DNA of 63,028 nt, counting the filler, from Octopus bimaculoides (taxonomy: Eukaryota): the NCBI RefSeq assembly GCF_001194135.2. It is 8 parts of 8 records of this genome, joined end to end, with 100 filler letters (N's around TTAATTAATTAA, not from the genome) between each part and the next. Parts side by side here need not be neighbours in the genome. Positions count along the whole stretch, not along the records: positions 25,852 to 37,411 come from NC_068982.1; positions 37,512 to 40,410 come from NC_069002.1; 6 more parts are not named here. One strand, 5' to 3'. Made by a program: the position numbers and the translations under genes. Below the pieces are notes generated by a model that saw only the letters and a program-made list of their open reading frames with translations, did no database searches and was not told the origin of the DNA. This document shows, piece after piece, positions 26,049 to 40,410 of this stretch (position 1 is the first letter of the stretch; each line of letters starts with the position of its first letter).

Positions 26049-29000
26049 GACATTTTAAATTCCAGTTTAATATAGACAGTTACATCAAATTTGGAGCTTT
26101 ATATATTGTATAATTTAATGTTAACGAAATGATATATGAAGTCTCAGCTATGTGATATAGTGAACTGAGAAAGTCTGATCCCATGAGAGTGACCAAGCAA
26201 TTGCTTAACACGAATATTCTGTAGCAGTGTTTAAAAGCTAAATGAAACGAATAATGAACTTAACTCCATTAAGATTTTAGACTATAGTGACAATGTATAT
26301 TAGAGTGGATCTTCTCTTTAAGGCCAACTTATGAAAGCAATAGGCATTTTTCGGTTATAGGTTTTAATTTTTATCTCACTATATTACCTATGTGTGAACT
26401 TACCATAGTTGTAATTTATACGCAGAGCACTTTCCTTGGGTAGTTTTTCCCAGCCTTATTGCTGATGTTTACAATCTGTTTACATTCTCTCTGCCGCTGG
26501 ATATATATTGCTTTTGCTGTTGGTAACTGTGTAAAATGTGCTTCATTGAAGAGTACAAATAATACCGGAACAAGTCCATGTTTTACACTACTTTGTTTTA
26601 CAGACTAGACTCAATTCAATCAGCTTTGTGTATATTGACCAAAAATTACGATCCCTGACCATACTATACTTGCTTTTAGATTTAAATCTTAGAATGCGTT
26701 TTTATCAACAAATTTCTTTGATCAAACCTTTTTAACTTAGTAGAATACATATGTGAAACCATACTGTAGTTATAATTAGTATGCAGAATGCTCCTCGAGG
26801 ATATCTCCGTCTATAATCATATTGTTTTTAATACCAAGACATGGTTGCATTTCACTTACTGAAACAAATAAAACAAAAATAAAAATAAAATAATATATGT
26901 ATTGAAAGAACTGTCTCACGATATTATTACATAGTATTCTATAGATTAATTGATAGACAGATAGATAAAGAGAGAGTATAGAGAAAGGGCAATTGAAATT
27001 ATGTAGACTGGTCATCATGCTTACAGAGACATATGTTAGGTAGAGATATATTCGCTATTAGGTTCCACAAAGCCTGCACACACTAACAGTCACATTGAAT
27101 CATAGACAAGCAAATACACAAGCAGACACGCACAAACATAAATATATATCGACAAACACACACACACACCATAATGTAATAAGCATTTAGTCGTGGAGAC
27201 ATTTGAACTTTGCCACAGGAATGATTATACACTGTAAAATTGATGGCGATTGTCCAGAATTAAGGTCAGTGAGTAGGTTTTATTGAATCAACTCAGTATG
27301 CAATTGAGACAATCTAGACAGCTCTTTGTTTTATTGGCGGAAGGTCGACATTTGTTTCTTTCCTCTGTCATCCATAATTGATTCAGAGAAAAGTGCTTGA
27401 CCAAATTTCAACAAATTAAAGATATTACCACATGGAGGTAGAAACTGAGAATTGGTTCGACACATACACGAACACGGTAATGAATTAATGAAAGATACCA
27501 TACAAGAATAATGAAAAGCACTCAAGCATGAGAGAAAACCACAAACGTGCGCACACACATACAGTTACATACAAATACAGACACAAACACACAGACACAC
27601 GCAAATACAGACACAACACATACTTTGAAGCTTATAATTAACACGTGAACATCTGACAGAAGCCTGTCTCTAGCACAGTTCGCCTAGCTTCACTTACGCA
27701 GCCTCTCTATATATAGGCAAATGTCTTTCTTTCTTTCTCCCCCCCCCTCTCTCTCTCTTTCTTTTATAAACCACTCATACTAAACTATAACTAAAAATTA
27801 AATATTAATGCTGCCAACATAATTTCTTTTATAATTTCCTCTATTACATCAGACTTTCCCACATTGTACTTAACACAATACATTATCATCTAAGATGTAC
27901 CGATATGCATAAAGGTATCTCCAACTAGACATTTCACCGTCTCACTAAGCCGTAAATCTTCATGGTGAAAATAAATAAATACACACAGACACACACACAC
28001 ACACACACATACCTATTCATATATTTATATAGGCACGCATGTATGTACGTATAAAACTGAGATATCTTTTTTAGGGATACAAATAGGTTTTGAAAACTAG
28101 AAATGCAGGATGGCTATATCCAAAAAAATTGCTGGATGACCATTGAATGGTATATCATGGCTGAATAAATTGACCATCTAACTATTTGTTGATCAAATAA
28201 TTTATCCTTAGATATGCGCATTCATACTCTAGAATACTGTTATATACAAGTTTATAGCCAAGAAATTCGGCACTCAAAAGGACCTCGGGGCAATATATGA
28301 ATCTAATGTTCATAACATCTCTTGTTTTAGGTAAAGATCGACGTTAGATTTTTCCCAAAATTATCGGTAACCCCAAATGCCCTATAAATGCCTGTGGTCA
28401 CTGGTGGGCAGTTAAAAATTTTCTAAAGATTTCGCAATAAGTTCTGTATATATATAGAATATAAATATTCCGAATTGGGCAATACAGTATTGTCATGACT
28501 TTAAAATGTTGGTGACATTTGATATCATCTCATCAAATTAATTACCAACTTCTACACTTACCTTCTTCAAATAAAAAAGAGTCGATTGTTATATCTAAGT
28601 ATAATTAAAGTAAAGATTATAGTTCAAATTAATTATGAACTAGTCTGTTCGGAGGCAAGCATATTAATGGATATTAAATCAAAGTACTTTTATATTATAA
28701 ACAGAGACAGGTTATAATGCTAATGTAAGTTTAGCAAATCAATGATAGAAATAGGTAATTAAAACCATTTTCACGTATAGCAATAACAATATTTTGAAAT
28801 ACTCCCCCACTACACTGCTCTAATGTGCGACTAGAGCATCCCACTCAAATTCTTTCAAGTACTGTCACATAGCCTTTTGATGTATCATTCATCTGTTCAG
28901 TCTTTTATTGGAATGAAACGAACAAGACTCAATATCATCTTCGGTTAAAACTTCTTAATGTGGTTCACAATATAATGCAAGAGAAAATATGTGGTTATGT

Positions 29001-29338
29001 ATGTATGTATGTATGTATGTATGTATGTATGTATGCATGTATGTATGCATGTATATATATATATGTGTGTGTGTGTGTATANNNNNNNNNNNNNNNNNNN
29101 NNNNNNNNNNNNNNNNNNNNNNNNNNNNNNNNNNNNNNNNNNNNNNNNNNNNNNNNNNNNNNNNNNNNNNNNNNNNNNNNNNNNNNNNNNNNNNNNNNNN
29201 NNNNNNNNNNNNNNNNNNNNNNNNNNNNNNNNNNNNNNNNNNNNNNNNNNNNNNNNNNNNNNNNNNNNNNNNNNNNNNNNNNNNNNNNNNNNNNNNNNNN
29301 NNNNNNNNNNNNNNNNNNNNNNNNNNNNNNNNNNNNNN

Positions 29339-29378
<40 letters not shown>

Positions 29379-31403
29379 TAGTGTTCAACAATATTGTTGT
29401 TAAAGAGCGAAAGTTTTCGATAATGAAAATACCTTCTAATCAATTTGGTGTTCTAATCACGAATATCATCGAAGTTTTAATTAGATTTATCATAAGTATT
29501 AACAGGAGACATTAATATCAGAAAGTCGATTCTTTAAATTGGGATACAACAGTGTTAGTACATCGATTCTTCAAATGTTTTATTTTCTAAGGAATTTAAA
29601 ACTGGTTGCATAACTTAGTTCTGTTTATTATAGTAATATTTTCCAACAACCTGTCATGGGTAATAGCAAAAATTAGTGAATATATAGTTCAAAACGAAAT
29701 GAAAGGAATGGATTTGTCGTGAGATGTGTAGACTTTCGCATTGCATGGTTTTGTTCTCGTTATACGAGAAAGGAAAGTAGAGAATATCTTAAATTTTAGC
29801 AAGTGAATAAGCAATGAAGCAGTGATGGAGGGTAAGAGGTTAAAAGGTAAGAAGCCTATGTTAAGAAGAATATGAGAATTTTGCACAGGTAAGTAGATAA
29901 GCCCAATAACTTTACAACACAAGAAGACGGAATTAAATTGACAAATTTAGGTAGTTGAATGGATGGAGCTAGACATAAAGCTGACTAAGAACAATACTTC
30001 AAGAAAGCATATATGGAGATAAATAGTTACGTTAATAGTATTGTGGGATTGATGCTGTTAAACAGAAAGCTGAAATGGAGCGCTACCTCAATGAACCACA
30101 TATATACAGATACGATAACGTTACAATATTATGAAACAGATACACTATAGTGCAAGGTGGAGTGGAAACATACAAGAAAAATACACAATTTTACACACAT
30201 ATATAAGCGTCCAAGAATGTACAAAAGAGTCAATTACGTTTTCGTTTCAAAACATTGGAAACTAACTGGATTGTCTGTGCTGTTTGAAGTGAGTTATATG
30301 AAGTGATATTTTATAAAAAAAATTACTTTGTTTGTAAAAGTAGTATGGTTTGAAATATGACAAAAGACTAAAAATAAAGTTGAAGACTGAATGAAATTAT
30401 TGAAGAAGGAAAACATGTTATTAGTGTAATTGATATTTTTTTAACTTTGCAAACTTTATTTCTGAGACAGACACACTATTCCAGAATATAAATATAAACA
30501 GGGTGTAGTTTTGTGTTTGATATTATAGAAAATCTACATGATATATCTTCTTACGATGTAAATGTTTTGAACGAAAATACTTATGTCAAAGGGCATTACG
30601 CAAATGTGTTTACGACAGAAATAAATATGACAAATTTTGCTGTGGCAAAAATATTTATAGCAAAAATATTGGTGGAAAGTTAGCAACTGGTTCTCATTAA
30701 AAAGGAAAAAAAACAAGGAAGATTCAAAAACCGGTTGTATTAGCCAACTCCGGCTCAGTCGTGTGCGTACTACAATAATGCGATTAGGAAGTATAACAAG
30801 AATAAAAATACCTTCTTTGTGAGATGTACGGTTCAATGGTACCACTTATCACTATCATAATGATAAAATTATACACCATAATACAGGCAGCTTTAATGTT
30901 GAAGTTATAGAAGTTGAAGTATATTTGGAACAGTACTAGTCTTACTGTCGGCCCTATATTCAGGAAATTCACTGATATCGACGCAAGCGTCATGTTTTAT
31001 ATTGATAAACCTGAAGGAATGTCATGTTTGATGCATCACTACAATTCCATTAATATTTGCCCCCAAATCGAATACATGCCAATACAACTAACAGTAAATT
31101 TGCTATTTGAATATTTTATCCAATAAAATACATAAACTGCTGACCAATATGATTTTACGATAACCATGAAAAATAACGACTTTCTTCCTCAGTTTAAGTG
31201 GTTGGCGTGTGTCGTGACCCAGGCTCTCACAGCCACGCTCAAACCCACACTACTTGTCTTTATCCGTTTCAAAGTTACTTCCATCTCATAACTTTCAACG
31301 GTCCAACCAGAAAGCTGAACTACTCTTAGTAATTAGTGTACCACAAATTAATGTATATATACGTTTTATTATTAGGACTGAATAAAATATGTACGCATCA
31401 TTA

Positions 31404-31503
31404 TGTTCTTCTCTACTCTAGGCACAAGGCCCGAAATTTTGGGGGAGGGGGCCAGTCGATTAAATCGACCCCAGTACGCAACTAGTACTTAATTTATCAA
31501 CCC
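31404..31503 (-). mobile_element. SINE family A, 3' portion
   Basis: ctctaggcacaaggcccgaaattttggggg...tcgaccccagtacgcaactagtacttaatttatc closely matches the 15979 copy. Confidence 0.85.
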
Positions 31504-32155
31504 TGTACTTAATCTATCAACTTAATTTATCGAACCTTTCCAGCAATATGAATAGTAATGCAAATACTTGTCGTTAGGTTCACCGGTTCAGTTTAGTTCT
31601 GTTGCCTAATTGGAGAGACTTATCTGCAAGCATCAAGTAAACGCATTTTGCAGTGTTTGTGGTGAGTTTATCACGACAAGAGCGAATAAGTAGTACTTTN
31701 NNNNNNNNNNNNNNNNNNNNNNNNNNNNNNNNNNNNNNNNNNNNNNNNNNNNNNNNNNNNNNNNNNNNNNNNNNNNNNNNNNNNNNNNNNNNNNNNNNNN
31801 NNNNNNNNNNNNNNNNNNNNNNNNNNNNNNNNNNNNNNNNNNNNNNNNNNNNNNNNNNNNNNNNNNNNNNNNNNNNNNNNNNNNNNNNNNNNNNNNNNNN
31901 NNNNNNNNNNNNNNNNNNNNNNNNNNNNNNNNNNNNNNNNNNNNNNNNNNNNNNNNNNNNNNNNNNNNNNNNNNNNNNNNNNNNNNNNNNNNNNNNNNNN
32001 NNNNNNNNNNNNNNNNNNNNNNNNNNNNNNNNNNNNNNNNNNNNNNNNNNNNNNNNNNNNNNNNNNNNNNNNNNNNNNNNNNNNNNNNNNNNNNNNNNNN
32101 NNNNNNNNNNNNNNNNNNNNNNNNNNNNNNNNNNNNNNNNNNNNNNNNNNNNNNN

Positions 32156-32196
<41 letters not shown>

Positions 32197-32207
32197 AATA
32201 GAAATAG

Positions 32208-32248
<41 letters not shown>

Positions 32249-33185
32249 AAGACAAACAGGTAGGCGGACAGACAGTCAGCCCGAAAGAGATACAATGTGT
32301 ATTTCTGAGAGACAGACAGACAGGCAGGCAGACAGACAGAGACAGAGAGATATAAAGTGCGTATCTGAGATAGAAAGTGAGAGAGAGAAGGAGAAAGAGA
32401 GAGAAATAGAGAGAGAGACGGGGAGATGTAGTCGTTTTCAGAAGAAACTAGAGGAAGACATTGTTAATACACATTGAAATTTCAGAGAAGCAGCTAAGAA
32501 AATGTAGACATACTACAACAATAATTACTGCCTCAATTTCTTGACCAGAGAGTTTGGTCTGTTATGAGTCTAATGCCGAATGTTTCGCGTCTAGGTTCAG
32601 ACTATGAAACTGGGTAGTTATACATGTGGTTTTTCAAGGCCTTTCACCTGTCAGTAGTGGCCATGTTTCTGCCAAACTACAATCAGTCTGTTCGTGGCAG
32701 TCGGTATCGCAGGTAAATAAATCAAGTGGCTCTTCTTCATAGATATCTTATGTCTCAAATCTGTACTGATCTATACCGAAGAAAGTACTCGTATCTTCAC
32801 GTAATTTTATACTGTGCAGCTCCAAAAAGAATAAACAGCATCAGGACTTTCTGAGTTGCATTGAAGTACGATGAGTATGACAGCACTTTCAAAATTGTGG
32901 TATTTTTTAGGATAGTCAAGTGATGTTGCCAAAGCATAATACAGTATTTGGTATTATACTATTTTATAAGACACAGGGCAGCTGTTAGCAGTTACTTCAT
33001 TCAGCAAGCTGGTATCTCACCTCTCTTTCATTTTTCTTATTTAACATGCTTGCATCATAATCGACAAGAAGTACCAACCATAAATTGTAGATCGAGTAAC
33101 ACATTAATTATATGCGGCAATTGCCTTCTAATTATTACTTTTTCAGTGACGATGCGCTAGTTTCATAATATTACCTAGTATGATA

Positions 33186-33375
33186 GGGCAGTGAGGTGAC
33201 ATAATTATTAAAGCACCGGACAAAATGTTTAGTGTTATTGCTTCCGGTTATGCATTCTGAGATCGACTTTACCATTCATCTTTTTCAGGTCGATGAAGCA
33301 AATATCAGTTGAGTATTAGGGTTGATGTAATCGACTACACTCTTTCCCCCAACATAGCAGGTTTTGTGCTTATAG
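33186..33375 (+). mobile_element. SINE family A, old degenerate copy
   Basis: gcaccggacaaaatgtttag...gatcgactttaccattcatc...gttgatgtaatcgact...ccccaa...gttttgtgc. Confidence 0.6.
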
Positions 33376-33735
33376 TTTTTTTTTCTTTTTTTTTATAGTT
33401 TCAGCTTAGAGCTGCGGCCATGCTGATGCAAAATATTGAAAAATATTCTCTTGGATAACGTTTTACCGAAGATTCCTACCAGTTATGGTAGGAATCTTTT
33501 ATAGAATATTTAAAAAATCATTTAAATAATTAGTGTTGACCTCTCATGCAACCTACCTAAAATTGTGATTAACCACCACACAAAATGTCGAGGCTATCGA
33601 GAAGAGAACAATGTATACTGCAAGTTATTTTGCACAGTCCGCATGTCATGCAATTTATGACTTGTCGTGAACATCATACTGAGGTTAATCAATCTTGTTT
33701 CTTTTAGGACACTGAACTACACTACCGGTACCTGT

Positions 33736-33880
33736 GGAAGTACGTAGCCTAGTGGTTAGGTTTTTGGACTCGTTATCGCTTGAAATATCGTGGCTTGATT
33801 TCCAGACGAGACGGCATATCTGTTTTAAAATAAAATACTCCACTGAGTATCATTCCAGTCCAAGTTGTTGAAAAAGATTA
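33736..33880 (+). mobile_element. Degenerate tRNA-derived SINE head
   Basis: A-box-like gtagcctagtggttagg; the rest is weakly similar to the 39498 SINE. Confidence 0.45.
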
Positions 33881-36801
33881 CACACAGCAGCTGGGGATTA
33901 TGGCTACGACTATCGGGCGTCTTCGGTAGGAGTATTGCACTCTCGGTCGTTTATACCTCACTGAAATGGGATAAGCTCTGGATTAATTATCCTGTAAGCT
34001 CGTGTCAGACCTAAGAGATAAGTCTAAATAACTGTGAGTGGTGGGTCATTTGGAATTTTCTGAGAGAGTTGATACTGTTTATTTCGTGCTAAACTGAACT
34101 ATGCCGTGCTAAATTGCATAAGAGAAAAAAAGTATGAAAAACAAACAGAAAGAATGAAAATAACTATGGAATAAGAAAACGAAATTTGCACAGTTGTAAA
34201 AGCACACATGTAAAATTTTAAAATCTCAGTATTCACAGACAGACATATAATTGAAGCGGCCAAAGAAATTCTGCAACGAAGCATCTGCGACAATAGGAAT
34301 AGCTGCTTCCACGGTATTGAAAAGAAGATGCTAAAAGACGAGCAGCATTAGAGTATTAACAAATCAATGGCTGAAAAACTGTTAAAAAAGTATTGTATTT
34401 CCATTTTTATTTTCAGTTTCACACAATTATTTACACCAGAATCTTCTGACAGATTCTTCGACTACATTATTCTGTTATTTTACAATCTTATGTTGAAATC
34501 ATACAATACACTTCCTATCTACTAGTGCTACACTGCGATATCTAATTAACTGATTGAAAATTAGCTATTGTTTATATTTACTCTATGTTTTCCTATGTTT
34601 TCTACTTGAACGTTTAACAAAAGAGAAATAAACAGATATATAGTAATAGTGAAACAAGAAATTAGTATGCAGTATTCTTTTTCTTTTGGAAGCGGAATTC
34701 AGTAAAGAAAAATAAAACAATTCAGCTAAAAAAACAAATCAAGATTAAAGAACTTATGTTTGCATTCAAAGAAGTTGTTAAAATAGAATACACACACAAA
34801 CACACATAGACACGCTCAGTCACTCAGTCACTCACTCACATACACGTAACGCAAATAAATGAAAAAAAATTAGTAGTTTTATCTGTTATATCCAACCAGG
34901 TTATACATTCTGTAATAAAGACTATCCTTTATTACAGACAAAGATTCCGATAGAAGTCCGAAAGTAAAGGAACTCGACTAGATATTGCAAAGTAGTTGGT
35001 GTAGTAATCTACTGAGTCTGCTGACTACTGCATCTATCATGTTAGCATTGAGATTTCCATCATAAACAAGGTGGAGAATATACCGTTGATTTTGTTTCTA
35101 TGAACTATTTCAAGATTTCCTTTGAGTGACAATTGCACTATTAGTGGGTGATATTGGTACAAATATAAAAGAATATATTCAAATAGTATTTGCTGTATTA
35201 TTTTCTGAAAGTAGTACGATTATGGGGTTCTAAACTCACGTAGGTACGTTTTTCCCTTCTCTGGAGACAACAAAATGAATACTGTGAAATAGGAAAACAA
35301 ATAGGGGTAGGGTACAATGAGATATATTTACTGCATTTTTTACTTTGAGAATTTTTTTTTATTACAATTGTTCACTGCCTTATAAAATTTATATCAGCTA
35401 AGCAAATGACCCTCTTTAAATGTATTAAAAATCTATGCAGAGCACTATTTCAGTAAGTTATCTCCGTTCTCTTTGAACATATAAAAGACTAACTTAGCTA
35501 GGATAAAATGACTAAGAAAAGACAAGGCAAATTTGCCACTTCAATTCTCCAGAATTACATTTGCAAAAAGTCTCATACACATCAGTATCCATCCTTATGC
35601 ATCAAAAAGATCAGAAATGCAGGAAAAAAATTAAATAAGAAAGAGGATCTTGGGAAAATGGCACTTACTATGAAATTAATGAAACTCGACTAAGTAAATC
35701 CTCGACATAAAAGATTCTCTAAAGCTTCTTCACTATATTCTGATATATTTATGCACCATGCAGTGAAAGAGAAGAAATTATTGAAATTAGTTATTACTCA
35801 TTTTCCCCATTTTAGACATCATTTTTGGGAAGATTGAAAATAATCAAATTAGACATTAGTGTGGGACAAATTAACTTGGAATCCAACAGAGAAAAGAATA
35901 TTGATTGTTAAGCACTAATATTTTTCCAGATATTTTGTTATCAACCTCCATTACAACTGGGTCACATTTGAGGAAAAACTACTTGGGAAAAGTACCTGTC
36001 ACCTGACTTCTTCAAATCCTCTCATCTTCAACAACAACTATGTTGACCAATTTCTACTCCCATGGATGAGGCAACAGTATGTGATGACGCAATACGTGCA
36101 ATGCAATGATTTCAAACAGGTAAGAAGATAACAGGAAATCATAAATTACTCATTTTGTCTAGTTACCAATCTTGCCCCACTAAGTCTTTGGGACTCTTTT
36201 AGCTAACTGTGTGATTGCAGACGAAAAAGAATGTCTTACCGGTTCGATCTTGTAAATATCTTGCGGTACAAAACTACAGTACATAAGCATTTACGGAAAG
36301 ATATTTTGAAAAGTTTCAACATAAAATGCATCTATATAAATATAGCAGCAACCTTTCGTTCCCCTTAAAGCATTGAAGAGAATGTACGATTTGCACGTTA
36401 GTAACATCACTGAATTAAAAGAAAGTGAGAGGGAACACAGCAGAATGTCAATGGAAATTGTTACGGCATTAGTGATATCATTTTAGATTCTGAGTTCAAA
36501 TCCTTCTTGTGGCATCCATAAAATCGAGTTCATTCCACCACTACAGTCTTCAACATATTTACTATCAATTGCGACTTTAGGTCAGAATTATTGTTGTTTT
36601 TAAGGTGGAAACGCCAGGAGAATCAATGGTCTTGCTGTAATATTTTACGCCATTTTTTGCCTTGAAATGGAAACCTTGTAAAACAAGTTTAGTTATTTTA
36701 AAAGAAATTTAAATAAAAATAAGATCATATAAATGAAAGAACTCACCTCTAGTATATGCTTTTCAGTCAGGAGTTGTAAACATATCGACATGTTAAGGAA
36801 G

Positions 36802-36964
<163 letters not shown>

Positions 36965-36966
<2 letters not shown>

Positions 36967-37324
36967 CTTTCTAATTGATGTATCAATGACAATGTTTCCC
37001 TACAAGAAATGGAGAAAGTTTCAAAGTATAAAGAACTGGAAATAGAGGTAACTCGAATGTGGAGTCTAAAAACAGAAACAATTTCTATCATAGTCGGCGC
37101 ATTAGGTATGATAAAAAAAATATTCAGACAAATACATAACAAAATCTCTAGGACTAACAAATATATATATATATATAACATACAAAAAATCGCAATACTA
37201 GGCGCTGCACATATCCTGCGTAAAAATTTTCAATACAGTAAGAGCATCACAACAAGCTACAGCACACACCCAAAGCACACATAGCTGCGCTCGGTAGTGC
37301 ATTGAAAACACGTTATAAAAATAA

Positions 37325-37327
<3 letters not shown>
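36965..37327 (+). mobile_element. R4/Dong non-LTR retrotransposon 3' end (RLE C-terminus plus 3' UTR), 5'-truncated
   Basis: CFLIDVS..DNVSLQEMEKVSKYKELEIEVTRMWSLKTETISIIVGALG...NIQKIAILGAAHILRK, followed by a (TAA)n tail at 37328-37411. Homologous to the 40093 and 48601 copies. Confidence 0.85.
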
Positions 37328-37411
<84 letters not shown>

Positions 37412-37544
37412 NNNNNNNNNNNNNNNNNNNNNNNNNNNNNNNNNNNNNNNNNNNNTTAATTAATTAANNNNNNNNNNNNNNNNNNNNNNNNNNNNNNNNN
37501 NNNNNNNNNNNATATATATAATTGTATTGAGTACAGCTATATAT

Positions 37545-37840
37545 CTCTATGTATACATTTTTACATTTGACGGATATTTGTCCTCATCTTGTTTGTTGTT
37601 AACACAACATTTCGGCTGATATACCCTCCAGCCTTCATCTTGGCGAAATTTCGAACCTAGGTTCTCATTTCTAAGGTATTTTTCGATGTTGTTGTTGTTA
37701 TTATTATTATTATTATCATTATTGTTATCATTATTATTATTTCTTTTTTTTTATTATTCAGGTCACTGTCTGGAATCGAACTCGGAATCTTGGGGTTAGT
37801 AGCCCGCGCTCTTAACCCCTACGCCATATGCCCGTGGGCA
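37545..37840 (-). mobile_element. tRNA-derived SINE with internal (ATA)n-type repeat and a hammerhead-like tail
   Basis: - strand head tggcgtaggggttaagagcgcgggctac...gagttcgattcc (A and B boxes), then a microsatellite, then gatgaaggctg...cagccgaaa. Confidence 0.75.
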
Positions 37841-39117
37841 GAACTGTATTATCTCCATATGTATTTTACCTAAATGGTTTTTTATATGCTGGCCGTTTAA
37901 TTTTAATGATGTTATCCTTTAATTGCTAACATTATATATTACTCTCTCCTCTCTTTCTCTTCTCTTTCTCCTCGCTTTCTCCCTCTTCCCATACCCACCT
38001 TCCCCTCCCTTTCCATCGTCAACCCTCCCTCATAAGCTCATCCCACACCAACACACTCCTACTCTACCTTCCCACCCCACCCCATCCAATTCCTTACACC
38101 CACCCCAACCTCTGCCTACCCACATACCCCTACCTCTACCTCCACCCTCAGCCTAACTCACACTCCACCCATGCTTTNNNNNNNNNNNNNNNNNNNNNNN
38201 NNNNNNNNNNNNNNNNNNNNNNNNNNNNNNNNNNNNNNNNNNNNNNNNNNNNNNNNNNNNNNNNNNNNNNNNNNNNNNNNNNNNNNNNNNNNNNNNNNNN
38301 NNNNNNNNNNNNNNNNNNNNNNNNNNNNNNNNNNNNNNNNNNNNNNNNNNNNNNNNNNNNNNNNNNNNNNNNNNNNNNNNNNNNNNNNNNNNNNNNNNNN
38401 NNNNNNNNNNNNNNNNNNNNNNNNNNNNNNNNNNNNNNNNNNNNNNNNNNNNNNNNNNNNNNNNNNNNNNNNNNNNNNNNNNNNNNNNNNNNNNNNNNNN
38501 NNNNNNNNNNNNNNNNNNNNNNNNNNNNNNNNNNNNNNNNNNNNNNNNNNNNNNNNNNNNNNNNNNNNNNNNNNNNNNNNNNNNNNNNNNNNNNNNNNNN
38601 NNNNNNNNNNNNNNNNNNNNNNNNNNNNNNNNNNNNNNNNNNNNNNNNNNNNNNNNNNNNNNNNNNNNNNNNNNNNNNNNNNNNNNNNNNNNNNNNNNNN
38701 NNNNNNNNNNNNNNNNNNNNNNNNNNNNNNNNNNNNNNNNNNNNNNNNNNNNNNNNNNNNNNNNNNNNNNNNNNNNNNNNNNNNNNNNNNNNNNNNNNNN
38801 NNNNNNNNNNNNNNNNNNNNNNNNNNNNNNNNNNNNNNNNNNNNNNNNNNNNNNNNNNNNNNNNNNNNNNNNNNNNNNNNNNNNNNNNNNNNNNNNNNNN
38901 NNNNNNNNNNNNNNNNNNNNNNNNNNNNNNNNNNNNNNNNNNNNNNNNNNNNNNNNNNNNNNNNNNNNNNNNNNNNNNNNNNNNNNNNNNNNNNNNNNNN
39001 NNNNNNNNNNNNNNNNNNNNNNNNNNNNNNNNNNNNNNNNNNNNNNNNNNNNNNNNNNNNNNNNNNNNNNNNNNNNNNNNNNNNNNNNNNNNNNNNNNNN
39101 NNNNNNNNNNNNNNNNN

Positions 39118-39183
<66 letters not shown>

Positions 39184-39344
39184 ACACACAGTATATTCAT
39201 GTAGAGAGACAAATAGAAATAACGAAAGAGATAAGGCATTAACAACATGGAAGTGTTTAATTCTGCTATAGTTTTAATTAACATTAAACAAAACATGCTG
39301 GGAAGGTTAATTAGTTATATTGATTCTGGTATTTAACTGTTGCT

Positions 39345-39468
39345 TTATTTTATCACCCCCCAAAAGATGGAAGCAAATTCGACCACGGCGGAATTTGAAC
39401 TCAGAACGTAAAGTTGGACGAAATCCCAGTAAACATTTCCTGATAACGATTCTGCCATCTCGCTGCCC
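39345..39468 (-). mobile_element. SINE family A, 5' portion
   Basis: tcgaccacggcggaatttgaactcagaacgtaaag...taacgattctgccatctcgctgcc is the reverse complement of the head and core. Confidence 0.8.
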
Positions 39469-39497
39469 TTGAATTCTTTCTATTACTGGCAGATTGT

Positions 39498-39817
39498 GAA
39501 GGTGCGTGGCTTAGTGGTTAGGGTATTCGGCTCACGATCGTAAAGTGGTGAGTTTAATTTCCGGCGACGCATTGTGTCCTTGAGCAAGACACTTTATTTC
39601 ACGTTGCTCCAGTTCACTCAGCTGGCAAAAATGTATTGCACCTGTATTTCAAAGGGCCAGCTTTGTCACACTCTGTATCACGCTGAATCTCCCTGAGAAG
39701 TACGTTAAGGATACACTTCTCTGTGGAGTGCTCAGCCACTTGCACGTTAATTTCCCGAGCAAGCTGTTCCGTTGATCGTATCAGCTGGGACGCTCGTCGT
39801 CATAACCGACGTAGTGC
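39498..39817 (+). mobile_element. tRNA-derived SINE with gtgtccttgagcaagacactt central motif (CORE/V-type superfamily-like)
   Basis: A box tggcttagtggttagg; central tgtgtccttgagcaagacacttt; gctccagttcactcagctg is shared with 52325-52347 (-). Confidence 0.8.
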
Positions 39818-39854
39818 TCCTATTGGCAGAAGGCCTGACATTTTAGGAAGCGGT

Positions 39855-40020
39855 CTAATCGATTACATTAACCCCCACCTCCGAGCTCAATTGGTACATA
39901 TTTTATAGACCCCGAAAGGATGAAAGGAAAAGTCAGTCTTGGAGGGATTTGAGTTTATGATTTAAATGGCTAGAAGAAAACCGCTCAGCATTTTCTTCAA
40001 AGCTCAAACGATCCTGTTAT
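39855..40020 (-). mobile_element. SINE family A, degenerate
   Basis: gaccccgaaaggatgaaagg...gatttgagtt...ccgctcagcatttt. Confidence 0.7.
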
Positions 40021-40024
40021 TTCA

Positions 40025-40092
<68 letters not shown>

Positions 40093-40098
<6 letters not shown>

Positions 40099-40410
40099 AA
40101 AGCAACCATACTCTGGGATATGTCAATACACACAGATAGAGAAATTAAGGCCAATAGACCAGATATAGTTGTCAGAGATCATGAAGGAAAAAAATGCAGA
40201 TGACAACGTTTCCCTAAAAGAAATGCAGAAACTTTCAAAATACCAGGACTTACAAATATATATAACATACAGAAAATTGCACTACTGGGCACTGCACACA
40301 TCCTACGCAAAACACTTTCAATACAGTAACCATAAGAGCATCACAGCAAACCACAGCACATACCCAAGGCGCACAGAGCTGCGCTCGGTAGTGAAGTGAA
40401 AGCACGTTAT
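40093..40410 (+). mobile_element. R4/Dong LINE 3' end with two internal deletions, inserted in (TAA)n
   Basis: NEKATILWDMSIHTDREIKANRPDIVVRD (RLE PD motif) directly follows (TAA)n at 40026-40095. The 3' UTR is near-identical to 48720-48860. Confidence 0.85.

Noticed and set aside
29860-29894. Strong CAG|GTAAGT donor at 29889
   Set aside because: No acceptor with an open, homologous exon upstream; such motifs are expected by chance in 63 kb.
37759-39560. tRNA-like sequences as tRNA genes
   Set aside because: They have A/B boxes but no complete cloverleaf or acceptor stem and continue into repeated SINE bodies.
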